From positions 1 to 36,830 of IMG/VR virus record IMGVR_UViG_3300023235_000063: a stretch of DNA of 36,830 nucleotides. One strand, given 5' to 3'. Origin of the DNA: a virus. Taxonomy: Duplodnaviria; Caudoviricetes. The notes below the pieces were generated by a model. It searched no databases. It saw only the letters and a list, made by a program, of their open reading frames with translations, and was not told where the DNA came from. Of the stretch, positions 27,134-35,530 are shown piece by piece (the stretch's first letter is position 1; every line of letters begins with the position of its first letter). A program made the translations under genes and the position numbers.

Positions 27134-28036
27134 ATGAGTGACTCATTCGCGGATCTTAAGAGAAACCGCACTTCCCTCTACGACAAGATCGTCGAGGAAA
27201 CAAACAAACAAACAACTTCATTTGGACGACAAGACGACACACGGCGATGGCAGCCGACTGTTGATCAAGCTGGAAACGGTCTTGCTCTCATTCGCTTCTT
27301 GCCTGCTCCTCCGGGTGAGACAATTCCTTGGGTTCGTGTTTTTAATCACGGGTTTAAGGGTCCTACTGGTAAGTGGTACATTGAAAATTCATTGTCGACT
27401 ATCGGACAACAAGATCCGGTCGGCGAATTCAACTCTATGTTATGGAACCGCGGTGATGAGGCTGGTAAAGAACAGGCTCGTAAACAAAAGCGTCGTTTGA
27501 ACTATATTTCTAATATTCTTGTGATTACTGATCCTGGTAATCGTGAGAACGAGGGTAAGGTCTTTCTTTATCGTTATGGTAAAAAGATCTTTGATAAGAT
27601 CAACGGCATGATGACTCCAGATGAACTTGAAAATCGCGCTGAAGTTAACCCATTTGATTTCTGGGAAGGCGCTAACTTTAAGATGCGTATTCGTCAAGTA
27701 GAAGGCTTTCGTAATTACGACAAGTCTGAGTTTGATAGTCCATCTGCAGTTGCAGACTCTGATGAAGAGATTAAAGCTCTTTGGGAGAAAGAACATGCGC
27801 TCTTATCTTTTCTAGATCAGAAGGAATTCAAGACTTTCGAAGAGCTTAAACGCTTATTGATTGCAACGATTCCTGAAGCAGCCAAAGTCTTTGCACCCGC
27901 ACAGACTTATGAAGAGGCGCCTGAGCCGGTTGCTTCAAGAGAAGTTTCAGAGCCAACTGTTAGTGAGTCTTCAGATGGCGATGAAGAAGACGATGCTAGT
28001 CTTGATTATTTCAAGAAGCTTGCTGAAAAGTCTTAA
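27134..28036 (+). CDS. gp32: Single-stranded DNA-binding protein gp32
   Basis: Start revised to ATG 27134 (SD AAGGA); GNG.A.IRFLPAP, WYIENSL.T, YGKKIFDKI, FDFWEGANFK, NYDKSEF, acidic tail LDYFKKLA. Confidence 0.95.
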   Translation: MSDSFADLKRNRTSLYDKIVEETNKQTTSFGRQDDTRRWQPTVDQAGNGLALIRFLPAPPGETIPWVRVFNHGFKGPTGKWYIENSLSTIGQQDPVGEFNSMLWNRGDEAGKEQARKQKRRLNYISNILVITDPGNRENEGKVFLYRYGKKIFDKINGMMTPDELENRAEVNPFDFWEGANFKMRIRQVEGFRNYDKSEFDSPSAVADSDEEIKALWEKEHALLSFLDQKEFKTFEELKRLLIATIPEAAKVFAPAQTYEEAPEPVASREVSEPTVSESSDGDEEDDASLDYFKKLAEKS

Positions 28037-28054
28037 CAGATTTTTTAGTTCGAT

Positions 28055-28084
28055 AAAAGGGGAGCCTTCGGGCTCCCCTTTTTT
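28055..28084 (+). terminator. Rho-independent terminator after gp32 (cUUCGg loop)
   Basis: AAAAGGGGAGCC-TTCG-GGCTCCCCTTTTTT. Confidence 0.92.
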
Positions 28085-28085
28085 G

Positions 28086-28114
28086 TTTACAATTCGCTTA
28101 TTCTATGATATGAT
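28086..28114 (+). promoter_or_regulatory. Early promoter
   Basis: (G)TTTACA-N17-TATGAT with TG extension, directly after the terminator. Confidence 0.75.
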
Positions 28115-28162
28115 ATCTTCAAATCTACAATTTTGCAAAAAATTCTATAGATGGAGATTATC

Positions 28163-28237
28163 ATGACTTGGTTTATTGTTGCATTTATCGTCGCCTGGCT
28201 TGGTGTTTGGTATTGGCAAAAACAAAAGAAAAACTAG
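28163..28237 (+). CDS. 24-aa single-pass membrane microprotein
   Basis: MTWFIVAFIVAWLGVWYWQKQKKN; SD GGAG; first ORF after the promoter. Confidence 0.55.
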   Translation: MTWFIVAFIVAWLGVWYWQKQKKN

Positions 28238-28240
28238 AAA

Positions 28241-28876
28241 TTGCTTAACGTATTAGACGCGCCTCGCATAGAAACGCCCGAAGCGCGTCTATATCGGACT
28301 CCGCTCGGCGATTATCCGAGCATGACTACTGTTCTTGGCGCAACAGCCGATAAAGCTTGGCTTGAACGGTGGCGAAAGTGGGTTGGCGAAGAAGAAGCTG
28401 AACGTTTAGGGCGTGTTGCTCGGGTTCGTGGAACTAAGTTGCACGACGCTATTGAACAATACATTCAAACTGGAAAAGAACCAAAAGGACTTATGCCCAA
28501 TGTGCTTGCAATGTTTATGCAAGCAAAGAAACTTATTGATCGCGTTGATGAAGTCCTTCTTTTAGAAGCTCCTCTTTGGAGTGATGTACTTAGAATCGCT
28601 GGCACAGTTGATATGGTTTGCCGTATTCAAAACGGCGTTTGGGTAGTTGATTTTAAGAATAGCGCAAAGCCAAAAGAATCTAGCGATATCGAAGATTATC
28701 GTCTTCAAGTTTGTGGTTACAGCACAATGTTCGAAGAAAGATATGATCTCAAAGTTGTAGGCAACATGATTTGGATCATGAATGACGGCGCTGCACCACA
28801 AGTTTTTGTTGAAGAAGATTGGCGTAAGTGGTCTTCAGTTTTAGCTGACCGCGTGAAATTTTACTACGGAGAGTAA
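28241..28876 (+). CDS. PD-(D/E)xK exonuclease (lambda-exo/Cas4-like phage exonuclease)
   Basis: YPSMTTVL, RGTKLH..IE, E..L, AGTVD, VVDFK, Y..Q...Y motifs. Confidence 0.85.
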   Translation: MLNVLDAPRIETPEARLYRTPLGDYPSMTTVLGATADKAWLERWRKWVGEEEAERLGRVARVRGTKLHDAIEQYIQTGKEPKGLMPNVLAMFMQAKKLIDRVDEVLLLEAPLWSDVLRIAGTVDMVCRIQNGVWVVDFKNSAKPKESSDIEDYRLQVCGYSTMFEERYDLKVVGNMIWIMNDGAAPQVFVEEDWRKWSSVLADRVKFYYGE

Positions 28877-28878
28877 TA

Positions 28879-29193
28879 ATGAAAGAAGTGATTTTCTATG
28901 GAGCAAGTGACGATTTGTTTGAAATCGAAGGAGCTTTTAGAGAAGAGTTTCCATGCTATGACGGAACTCATGTAAAGTTGCTTGACCAGCATGGTCTTGG
29001 AGTCATGGTTTTTGCGTACTACGCACTGAAAAATATTGCGCCAACTTGGATGATTGGTCTTTCACCAATTGACGAAAATGCTCCTATGCCAGATTGGCCA
29101 GTGAGCTACAAAATTCATGAAAATGGATATAGCACAGAGTTAACAATTCAAGTTCCTGATGATGTAATGATAGTAGGTCCAGATGAAGACTAA
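28879..29193 (+). CDS. Hypothetical protein
   Basis: 104 aa, SD GGAG, FYGASDDLFEIEG N-terminal motif. Confidence 0.75.
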   Translation: MKEVIFYGASDDLFEIEGAFREEFPCYDGTHVKLLDQHGLGVMVFAYYALKNIAPTWMIGLSPIDENAPMPDWPVSYKIHENGYSTELTIQVPDDVMIVGPDED

Positions 29194-29533
29194 ACACTTA
29201 TTAGAAATTGAATGTTTTGAAGGCGGTTTTAATCCGCTTTTAGTTGAGCGCGTATGGAGAAGGAATGGAAAACGCAATTGGCACTATGGGGCTGGTCGTT
29301 TTTGTCGTATCCATAAAACTTGGTTTCACAAAAAGCTTGGCATAAAGAACACGGGCAAAAAATGGTTTTCAAAAGATATGTCATGGTGGCACGGGGCTGA
29401 AGTTTGTTTTTCAATTGCTGGTGATGTATATACTATTGAGTGTAAAACAAACAAAATAGCAGAGCTTGTTGAAAAAGAACTGCTCACAGACTTGGATTCA
29501 AAACTAGGTTTTCTTTTTAAAGAAGCTGATTGA
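29183..29533 (+). CDS. Hypothetical protein
   Basis: 116 aa, co-oriented, short overlap with the upstream gene. Confidence 0.6.
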   Translation: MKTKHLLEIECFEGGFNPLLVERVWRRNGKRNWHYGAGRFCRIHKTWFHKKLGIKNTGKKWFSKDMSWWHGAEVCFSIAGDVYTIECKTNKIAELVEKELLTDLDSKLGFLFKEAD

Positions 29534-29557
29534 CATTTTTGTTCGATATGATACAAT
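29530..29557 (+). promoter_or_regulatory. Early promoter
   Basis: TTGACA-N16-TACAAT with TG extension. Confidence 0.7.
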
Positions 29558-29584
29558 GATCATATTCGAAACCCGGAGCCTATA

Positions 29585-29824
29585 ATGAGCGCCAACAAAA
29601 TCCGTCTAGGTATAGAGATGAATAAAAGTCTCTTTGATGTTTCGCGTTTAGTAGTTATAGGCGTTGCTACTATTTTGATTGTATTCAGTGCGTTTTTCAT
29701 TGTTATCGCGCTAATACTTTCATCAGCTCATTTTCTAGTGTGGTTTGTAGTTATTCCAGTCTCTTTTGTTTCGCATTTTGGTATTCTAATTTACATCTTC
29801 AATAAAGTAGATGAGATTCATTAG
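29585..29824 (+). CDS. Small membrane protein
   Basis: 79 aa, two hydrophobic helices, SD GGAG. Confidence 0.65.
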   Translation: MSANKIRLGIEMNKSLFDVSRLVVIGVATILIVFSAFFIVIALILSSAHFLVWFVVIPVSFVSHFGILIYIFNKVDEIH

Positions 29825-30013
29825 ATGATTAATCGCGGCATGGCGACAAATCTAAAATTAATGATGCTCCTCGAAGAAGCAGTAGAGCATGTTAAGAATA
29901 TGTCGCCAGAAGAACGTGCAAAAATGCACGAAGAACAAAAAAAGTCTTGGGTGAGAGGAAATCTAAATTTTGATGATAGTCCACGCCGTCACACAAAAGT
30001 TGAAAAAGAGTAA
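29825..30013 (+). CDS. Hypothetical protein
   Basis: 62 aa, abuts the upstream stop; MSPEE...EQKKSWVRG. Confidence 0.65.
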   Translation: MINRGMATNLKLMMLLEEAVEHVKNMSPEERAKMHEEQKKSWVRGNLNFDDSPRRHTKVEKE

Positions 30014-30016
30014 ATC

Positions 30017-30166
30017 ATGAATATATCAGGACTTGACGAATTGATTGGCTACGTTCCAGGAAGCAAAGAAGTCGAAAAGCGCCGTAGTCAATGGATTTTT
30101 GGTTTCATTTGTGGATGTGTATTTTCAATCGTAGCATTAGTGAGTGTTGTTCTATGTTTGACCTAA
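30017..30166 (+). CDS. Small C-terminally anchored membrane protein
   Basis: 49 aa MNISGLDELIG...WIFGFICGCVFSIVALVSVVLCLT; not in ORF track; fills the gap. Confidence 0.5.
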   Translation: MNISGLDELIGYVPGSKEVEKRRSQWIFGFICGCVFSIVALVSVVLCLT

Positions 30167-30606
30167 AGGTAAATATTGATCCGACGATTTTTACTTGGGA
30201 ACAAGTGAAGAAAATCGAGGCTATGAAAAAAGCTAAGTACGTTTGCGAAACGTGTGTCAAAAATAAAGACGGCAGGTGGGTTAATCAGCCCGTAGCAATT
30301 TTCTATCAAGAAAATCCACCCGAAGGATTTAACAACCACTTTGGTCTTTATTGGAATAATTCAGACTTTGATGACTCTGAAGCAGCGCTTATGATTTGCG
30401 GTGTTGAATCTGCTGTTTCACAGAGAATTGATGGAATAGCCGCAAACGACGGAGAAGTTATTTTTAGTCGTTGGCGTCATGATTATCGTATTTCAAAAGA
30501 TGAGTCTGTTTGGATCGACGGAGGTCGAGACTATACTCGGTATCCAGGCGGTGAACTAGTTACTTTGAATATTGTTAAAGATAAGCTTGAAATACAGAGG
30601 ATTTGA
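30154..30606 (+). CDS. Conserved hypothetical phage protein
   Basis: Start revised to ATG 30154; SR.RHDY and IDGGRDY.R motifs. Confidence 0.7.
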   Translation: MFDLKVNIDPTIFTWEQVKKIEAMKKAKYVCETCVKNKDGRWVNQPVAIFYQENPPEGFNNHFGLYWNNSDFDDSEAALMICGVESAVSQRIDGIAANDGEVIFSRWRHDYRISKDESVWIDGGRDYTRYPGGELVTLNIVKDKLEIQRI

Positions 30607-31142
30607 AAATGGAAACAATGATTTATCTTGACATGGATGGAGTTCTAGTAGATCTCTATAGTATGTTTGTTGATCAACATCAAGTTGAACATTGGGGGCA
30701 AGTTCCAGGGCTCGATACTGAATTTTCTAAATTCAAAAAAACTGACTTTTTTCAAAGGGCTCCTGAGTTTGTACCTTTAACGACTGAACTAGTCATTTAT
30801 GTTCATAAACTCACTCAGGGTCGTTGGGGAATTTTATCAACTCCGATTTTTGGAGACCAAGCTAATTCCGCGAAATGGAAAAGCGCTTGGCTCGCCGATC
30901 GAGATATTCAACCGCACAGCACCATATATAGCATGAGTAAACATCATTTTGCTATGCAACCGAACGGTAAAAGAAACATTCTCGTCGACGATAGTCGAAA
31001 CAATATCGAGGAGTGGGTTGACGCTGGTGGAGTCGGCTTTCGATTTCAATCAGACAAAAGTGATTTTCAACTGTTACGTGACCAGTTGAAAAGGTGTTAC
31101 AATACAAAGTCACTTAGCCGTCCGGAGGTTCATTGGTTATGA
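30603..31142 (+). CDS. HAD-family 5'(3')-deoxyribonucleotidase
   Basis: YLDMDGVL.D, ILS.P, K..W, ILVDD...N..EW...GG. Confidence 0.85.
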   Translation: MKMETMIYLDMDGVLVDLYSMFVDQHQVEHWGQVPGLDTEFSKFKKTDFFQRAPEFVPLTTELVIYVHKLTQGRWGILSTPIFGDQANSAKWKSAWLADRDIQPHSTIYSMSKHHFAMQPNGKRNILVDDSRNNIEEWVDAGGVGFRFQSDKSDFQLLRDQLKRCYNTKSLSRPEVHWL

Positions 31143-31573
31143 GAAGTCAAAATTATACTGATATTGGCGTTAACGCTAGTGTTAAAGCATCGTTTGCTAT
31201 TGCGCTTAAACGTGGGTTGAAAAGGCTAAAAGGATCTAAGTGGCTCGAAGAGTACCTAGATCTTGCAGCGCCAATTGACGAAGCTGCAATTCTTAAAGAT
31301 GTACCTAACACTCTTCTCGACCGCGCTGCGATGAAAGAGATTTTTAAGATCGTGCGCGCGAACGATACTTATTTCCGGGATAAGAGACTTATGATGCGTT
31401 ATCGCGGGCCACGTAGGGGTCCGTTGTATCTAAATTCAACAGTGCCTGTCGGTCACTCTTTTGCTGTGTATTGTTGTGAAGACTACAGCAAAACCCGCAC
31501 AGGAGTTGCTTACGATGTATCAGATCAGGAAGATTACCCCGAAAGACATAGAAGCTTTAAAGTGGCTTCATGA
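31139..31573 (+). CDS. Hypothetical protein
   Basis: SD GGAGG upstream; ATGA overlap with the upstream stop; RYRGPRR motif. Confidence 0.6.
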   Translation: MRSQNYTDIGVNASVKASFAIALKRGLKRLKGSKWLEEYLDLAAPIDEAAILKDVPNTLLDRAAMKEIFKIVRANDTYFRDKRLMMRYRGPRRGPLYLNSTVPVGHSFAVYCCEDYSKTRTGVAYDVSDQEDYPERHRSFKVAS

Positions 31574-31934
31574 AACAGTTCTACCAGCAGACGTTTTGCC
31601 AGATTTTAGTGTTGGTTATTGGTGGATTTGTGAGTATATTGATAAAAACGTAATCATTCCAGTTGGCTTCGGTGGATTACGACATCTTGGTTTTAACATG
31701 GGCTACCTAAATCGCTCAGGCGTAAGGTTTTCTCATAGAGGTCATGGTATTCAGAAGAAGCTTATTTCTGTTAGAGAAAAGTTTGCTCGGACTTTAGGAA
31801 TCACTAAGATGATTACTGACACTTCAAATAACCCCGCTAGTTCAAATAGTCTTATCTCTAAAGGCTACAAGTTGTATACTCCTGAAAAACCATGGGGTTA
31901 TTCCTACACGCTATACTGGACAAAAAAACTTTAG
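31515..31934 (+). CDS. GNAT-family N-acetyltransferase
   Basis: Start revised to ATG 31515 (SD AGGAG); acetyl-CoA motif V..SHRGHGIQK.L, N..S...L...GY. Confidence 0.82.
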   Translation: MYQIRKITPKDIEALKWLHETVLPADVLPDFSVGYWWICEYIDKNVIIPVGFGGLRHLGFNMGYLNRSGVRFSHRGHGIQKKLISVREKFARTLGITKMITDTSNNPASSNSLISKGYKLYTPEKPWGYSYTLYWTKKL

Positions 31935-31951
31935 TTGTTTGAAAAAAGTTG

Positions 31952-31980
31952 TTTACATGCGAGACATTATTTGATAGAAT
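31952..31980 (+). promoter_or_regulatory. Strong early promoter with UP-like A-tract
   Basis: AAAAAA..GTTTACA-N17-TAGAAT with TG extension. Confidence 0.82.
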
Positions 31981-32019
31981 AAGAGAGTTGAAACACATTC
32001 TCAAATTTTGAAGGATATT

Positions 32020-32970
32020 ATGGCACACGTAGTTGAAACGATGGCTTATTCAGGCGAAGTTCCCTGGCACGGCCTCGGCGTTCCAGTCCACAATGATCTG
32101 ACGCCTGTCCAGATGATGGACGCAGCCGGTCTTAACTGGCAAGTCGAAAAGCTCGACATGGGCTATACTTGGACTAATTCTCAAGGTCAACAAGTTCAGC
32201 GCAAAGCTTCAAAGAAGAAAGCTCTTGTTCGTACTTCGGACGGCAAGTTGCTTGATGTTGTTGGCGATGACTGGCGGCCTCTTCAAAATGAAGATGCATT
32301 TTCGTTTTTCCACGACTTTGTCGCAGCTGGCGACATGGAAATGCACACCGCCGGCTCTCTTCAAGGCGGTAAGCGAGTTTGGGTTCTCGCAAAAGTCAAC
32401 GACTCTTTCGAAGTCGTCAAAGGCGATCGAGTTCAGCAGTTTCTGCTTCTTTCTAACCCGCACAAATACGGTCTTTCGATCAGCACTAGCATGACGGCGA
32501 TCCGTGTTGTCTGCAACAACACACTTTCGTTGGCCCTTCAGACCGGCGCTGAGCAGATGATTCGAGTCAATCATCGTCAAGAATTCGACGGAGATTATGT
32601 TAAGGAAATGCTCGGCGTTGCTAAGGAGAAGCTTACTTCCTACAAAGAAGCTTCGCAGTTTCTGGCTTCCCGGAAAGCTAAAGACGAAGACATTGTCGAG
32701 TACTTCAAGCGCGTCTTCCCTTCAATGTCGAAGGACGCTGAAAAAGAGACTTCCCGCAATGCAGCTCTTGCGATCGAAGCGTTGCATCAGCAACCCGGCG
32801 CAGAGTTCGCTGAGGGCAGCTGGTGGCAGCCGTTCAACGCAGTTACATACCTCGCAGATCACACGCTTGGTCGTAACCCGGACACTCGTATGAATAGCGC
32901 TTGGTTTGGTGCTAATCGCGACCGGAAGCAAAAGGCTCTCAAGTTGGCGCTTGAGATGGCTGACGCATAA
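32020..32970 (+). CDS. DUF932/DUF945-family phage/plasmid protein
   Basis: Start ATG 32020; PWHGLG, AGLNW.V, QN..AF.F, TAGSL.GG..VW.LA, IRVVCNNTL, W..FNAVT...DH. Confidence 0.88.
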   Translation: MAHVVETMAYSGEVPWHGLGVPVHNDLTPVQMMDAAGLNWQVEKLDMGYTWTNSQGQQVQRKASKKKALVRTSDGKLLDVVGDDWRPLQNEDAFSFFHDFVAAGDMEMHTAGSLQGGKRVWVLAKVNDSFEVVKGDRVQQFLLLSNPHKYGLSISTSMTAIRVVCNNTLSLALQTGAEQMIRVNHRQEFDGDYVKEMLGVAKEKLTSYKEASQFLASRKAKDEDIVEYFKRVFPSMSKDAEKETSRNAALAIEALHQQPGAEFAEGSWWQPFNAVTYLADHTLGRNPDTRMNSAWFGANRDRKQKALKLALEMADA

Positions 32971-32988
32971 AGCTTCAGTCTGAATAAT

Positions 32989-33020
32989 GGGGAGAGCCAC
33001 TTGTCGGCTCTCCCCGCTTT
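32989..33020 (+). terminator. GC-rich hairpin, probable terminator (weak U-tract)
   Basis: GGGGAGAGCC-ACTTGTC-GGCTCTCCCC-GCTTT. Confidence 0.65.
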
Positions 33021-33047
33021 CAATAATAAAGAGGAGATGAATAAAAA

Positions 33048-33302
33048 ATGAACAAAGCAGAAACCTTTACTCAAGCACTTTTAGCCTTTTTGCTTGTAGG
33101 TGTAGTAATTTTTCTAGCTCCATTAATTGGAGTTGTTGTTGGAGCGTTTTCTGGTTGGGTCGTTGGTTTGTTTTTCCCAACTACGTTTAACCTGTTTATG
33201 ACTGCACTAGGGCTTGGTTCCCTTTCAGTTTGGCAATTTGGAGCAGCTCTTGGTTTTGTCGGTGGATTTTTTAGGACCACTTTCACTAAAAACAGCGACT
33301 AA
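33048..33302 (+). CDS. Small Gly-rich membrane protein
   Basis: 84 aa, mostly hydrophobic; GA.LGFVGGFF. Confidence 0.75.
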   Translation: MNKAETFTQALLAFLLVGVVIFLAPLIGVVVGAFSGWVVGLFFPTTFNLFMTALGLGSLSVWQFGAALGFVGGFFRTTFTKNSD

Positions 33303-33306
33303 CACA

Positions 33307-33335
33307 CTGACTTTTAGTTCTAATCAATATAAGAT
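33307..33335 (+). promoter_or_regulatory. Possible early promoter for cca
   Basis: CTGACT-N17-TAAGAT; 6 nt to ATG 33342. Confidence 0.5.
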
Positions 33336-33341
33336 GGAACA

Positions 33342-34553
33342 ATGAAAATTGAAGCACCATTTTTGAAGTCGCACAGCGTTAGTCGAGTAACTACTCCTCT
33401 AATCGCTTTTGGCGGAACTGTTAGATTCGCTGGGGGTTGTGTTCGCGATGCTCTAATGAATGTTCCTATCAATGACATTGATTTTGCAACTGATCTCAGA
33501 CCTGCACAAGTTATGAGAGCATTGGCAGGTGCTGGCATTCGCGTAATCCCCACTGGAATTAAGCACGGCACAGTCACTGCAGTCATCGGAAAAGAAAACT
33601 TCGAAATCACCACGCTTCGCCGAGACGTTGATTGCAACGGTCGTCATGCAGAAGTTGAATTCACTGACAGCTGGGAAGAAGATGCTAAGAGACGTGACTT
33701 TACTGTCAATGCTTTGTTCGCAGGACTAGATGGAACAGTAATCGATTTTGTTGGTGGATTAGCCGACCTTGAAGATCGTAACTTAAGGTTTGTTGGCGAT
33801 CCGAACGATCGAATTGATGAAGACGCGCTACGTATTTTGAGGTTCTTTCGCTTCATTGCAAGAACAGATTTCTTCCCGCACGGAAAGTCTTTTAGAGCTT
33901 GCATTGCTAAAAAAGATACTATCAAAAATCTGTCGCGTGAGCGTGTGACTTCTGAATTGATGAAGACTTTAGTTGCTCCGCACGCAGATTGGGCAATTCA
34001 CTTAATGAACCACTTTGGAATCATGACTCATGTGCATCTTTTGCTTGATGACTTTAAAGGTTTTCAACGTATGCGCATAACAGCTAATAGAGATAATAGA
34101 GCTATTAGTGGTCGTCAATGCTTGATGTCTTTAGTTCGCCCAGAAAATCGTGTAGAATTTCTCAAGACTTTAGAAGATCGCGTCTTGACTCTTCATAATG
34201 GAGAAGTCGAAGCAATTTCAAGAGTTTTCTCAACAGAAGAAAACGATTTCGCTGATATCGAAAGCGCCATCACACTTCAACTGCGGATTGGAACTGGTCC
34301 TGCACGGGACGCGATTGTGCTTAGTGGAAACGATCTACACAACCATGATTGGGATGTTGTTGATTTTCTAATGAAAGCTGAACCTCTAGTCTTCCCTCTG
34401 AAAGGTCGGGATGTATTAGACAAAGGTGTTAAGCCCGGTCCTATCGTGGGTGAAATTCTTGACTCAGTTCGTGAAGATTGGATCAAATCTCTTTGCACAC
34501 TGACTCGTGACGAGTGTCTTGAAAAACTCAATGAAAGAATTGCCGCATGCTAA
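33342..34553 (+). CDS. cca: Class II CCA tRNA nucleotidyltransferase
   Basis: GGCVRD, DIDFAT (DxD), G.KHGT, EITTLR.D, EDA.RRDFTVNA, EDALRILRFFRF, LSRERV..EL.K, C-terminal FP..G.D....G..PGP.VG. Confidence 0.9.
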   Translation: MKIEAPFLKSHSVSRVTTPLIAFGGTVRFAGGCVRDALMNVPINDIDFATDLRPAQVMRALAGAGIRVIPTGIKHGTVTAVIGKENFEITTLRRDVDCNGRHAEVEFTDSWEEDAKRRDFTVNALFAGLDGTVIDFVGGLADLEDRNLRFVGDPNDRIDEDALRILRFFRFIARTDFFPHGKSFRACIAKKDTIKNLSRERVTSELMKTLVAPHADWAIHLMNHFGIMTHVHLLLDDFKGFQRMRITANRDNRAISGRQCLMSLVRPENRVEFLKTLEDRVLTLHNGEVEAISRVFSTEENDFADIESAITLQLRIGTGPARDAIVLSGNDLHNHDWDVVDFLMKAEPLVFPLKGRDVLDKGVKPGPIVGEILDSVREDWIKSLCTLTRDECLEKLNERIAAC

Positions 34554-35041
34554 TCTACAAAAAGTTCATCTGTCGGCAAGATCTAAAAGACAATCCAAAT
34601 AAACTTTATGTCTTTGGTGATAATTCTGAACGCGTCGGTTTTGGCGGCCAAGCAAAAGAAATGCGTGGAGAGCCAAACGCTGTAGGGATCACTACTAAGA
34701 AATCACCGAGTATGGATGATTCTGCATTCTTTACTAATGATGATATTCTTCAGTGGATTTACGAGAATCGTCTCTCTGTAAAACGTCTTGTAGTTCATCG
34801 TAGTGATATCGTTTGGCCCTCAGATGGAATTGGAACTGGTCTTGCACAGTTAAAAGAAAGGGCTCACTCTATTTGGTTCACTTTAACATACTTCGAAGAA
34901 TATCTAGAAGAACTTCAAAAGGAAAGAGAAGTATGCGTCTGTGGAGCGTATATGAAAGATCATAATGATGTCTGGGCTGGTCATATGCCAGTATCTTTGG
35001 CTGATCACAGAAAAGATATTGACACTTCAAAGTGGATGTGA
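34547..35041 (+). CDS. Conserved phage protein with VFGDN...GGQA motif (putative nucleotide-binding fold)
   Basis: YVFGDN..R.G.GGQA..MR..PNA.GI.TK and P.DGIGTGLA.L motifs. Confidence 0.75.
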   Translation: MLIYKKFICRQDLKDNPNKLYVFGDNSERVGFGGQAKEMRGEPNAVGITTKKSPSMDDSAFFTNDDILQWIYENRLSVKRLVVHRSDIVWPSDGIGTGLAQLKERAHSIWFTLTYFEEYLEELQKEREVCVCGAYMKDHNDVWAGHMPVSLADHRKDIDTSKWM

Positions 35042-35047
35042 TAGAAT
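35019..35047 (+). promoter_or_regulatory. Early promoter
   Basis: TTGACA-N17-TAGAAT with TG extension. Confidence 0.82.
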
Positions 35048-35075
35048 ACTCTTATTGATCAACCAGGAGTTAAAA

Positions 35076-35342
35076 ATGTCTAGAAAGGCAAGAAAAGACG
35101 ATGGTTCTTTTGATCTCGAAGTTCTTCGGACTCTAGATTCTCTTTCACTTGATGACGCGCGCGAAAAGAGCGTCATGATGTTGCAATCTTCAAATACAAA
35201 GCCAGAAAAGAAAGCTGCACTGATCCGAGATATCAATTCAGCTAACAACTCTGCTGGAGTATGCGGTATCATGTGGCGTACGTATCTTGCCGGTAATGGC
35301 ATGAGCGTCACTGGTTCACAATGGCAGAAGGATTTCCGCTAA
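35076..35342 (+). CDS. Hypothetical protein
   Basis: Start revised to ATG 35076 (SD AGGAG), downstream of the promoter. Confidence 0.75.
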   Translation: MSRKARKDDGSFDLEVLRTLDSLSLDDAREKSVMMLQSSNTKPEKKAALIRDINSANNSAGVCGIMWRTYLAGNGMSVTGSQWQKDFR

Positions 35343-35530
35343 TGTTCGCAGAAATTATCAAAAATCCAACTGTGCTTTGGCGAGCCGCTATGACAGCAGC
35401 ATGCGTTGGCATCATTGCGATCGGTGCTACGACGGCAAACCTTCTTTTCTTTTTAGCCGGTATTGTTTTTCTTGTGTTTTGGCTAGTTAGTCTAATCCAA
35501 TCAGCCGTGACGGTAATGAAGAATGATTAG
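35342..35530 (+). CDS. Small membrane protein
   Basis: Coupled ATG 35342; two hydrophobic helices. Confidence 0.65.
   Translation: MFAEIIKNPTVLWRAAMTAACVGIIAIGATTANLLFFLAGIVFLVFWLVSLIQSAVTVMKND

Noticed and set aside
28241-28876. Cas4-like nuclease as evidence of a CRISPR system
   Set aside because: No repeat-spacer array or other cas genes seen, and no four-Cys Fe-S pattern; ordinary phage exonuclease
33342-34553. Poly(A) polymerase (pcnB) call
   Set aside because: PAP-specific signature not seen; motifs fit a CCA-adding enzyme better
32174-35311. Antisense and alternate-frame ORFs over DUF932, cca and neighbours
   Set aside because: Explained by codon bias of the sense genes; no independent expression signals
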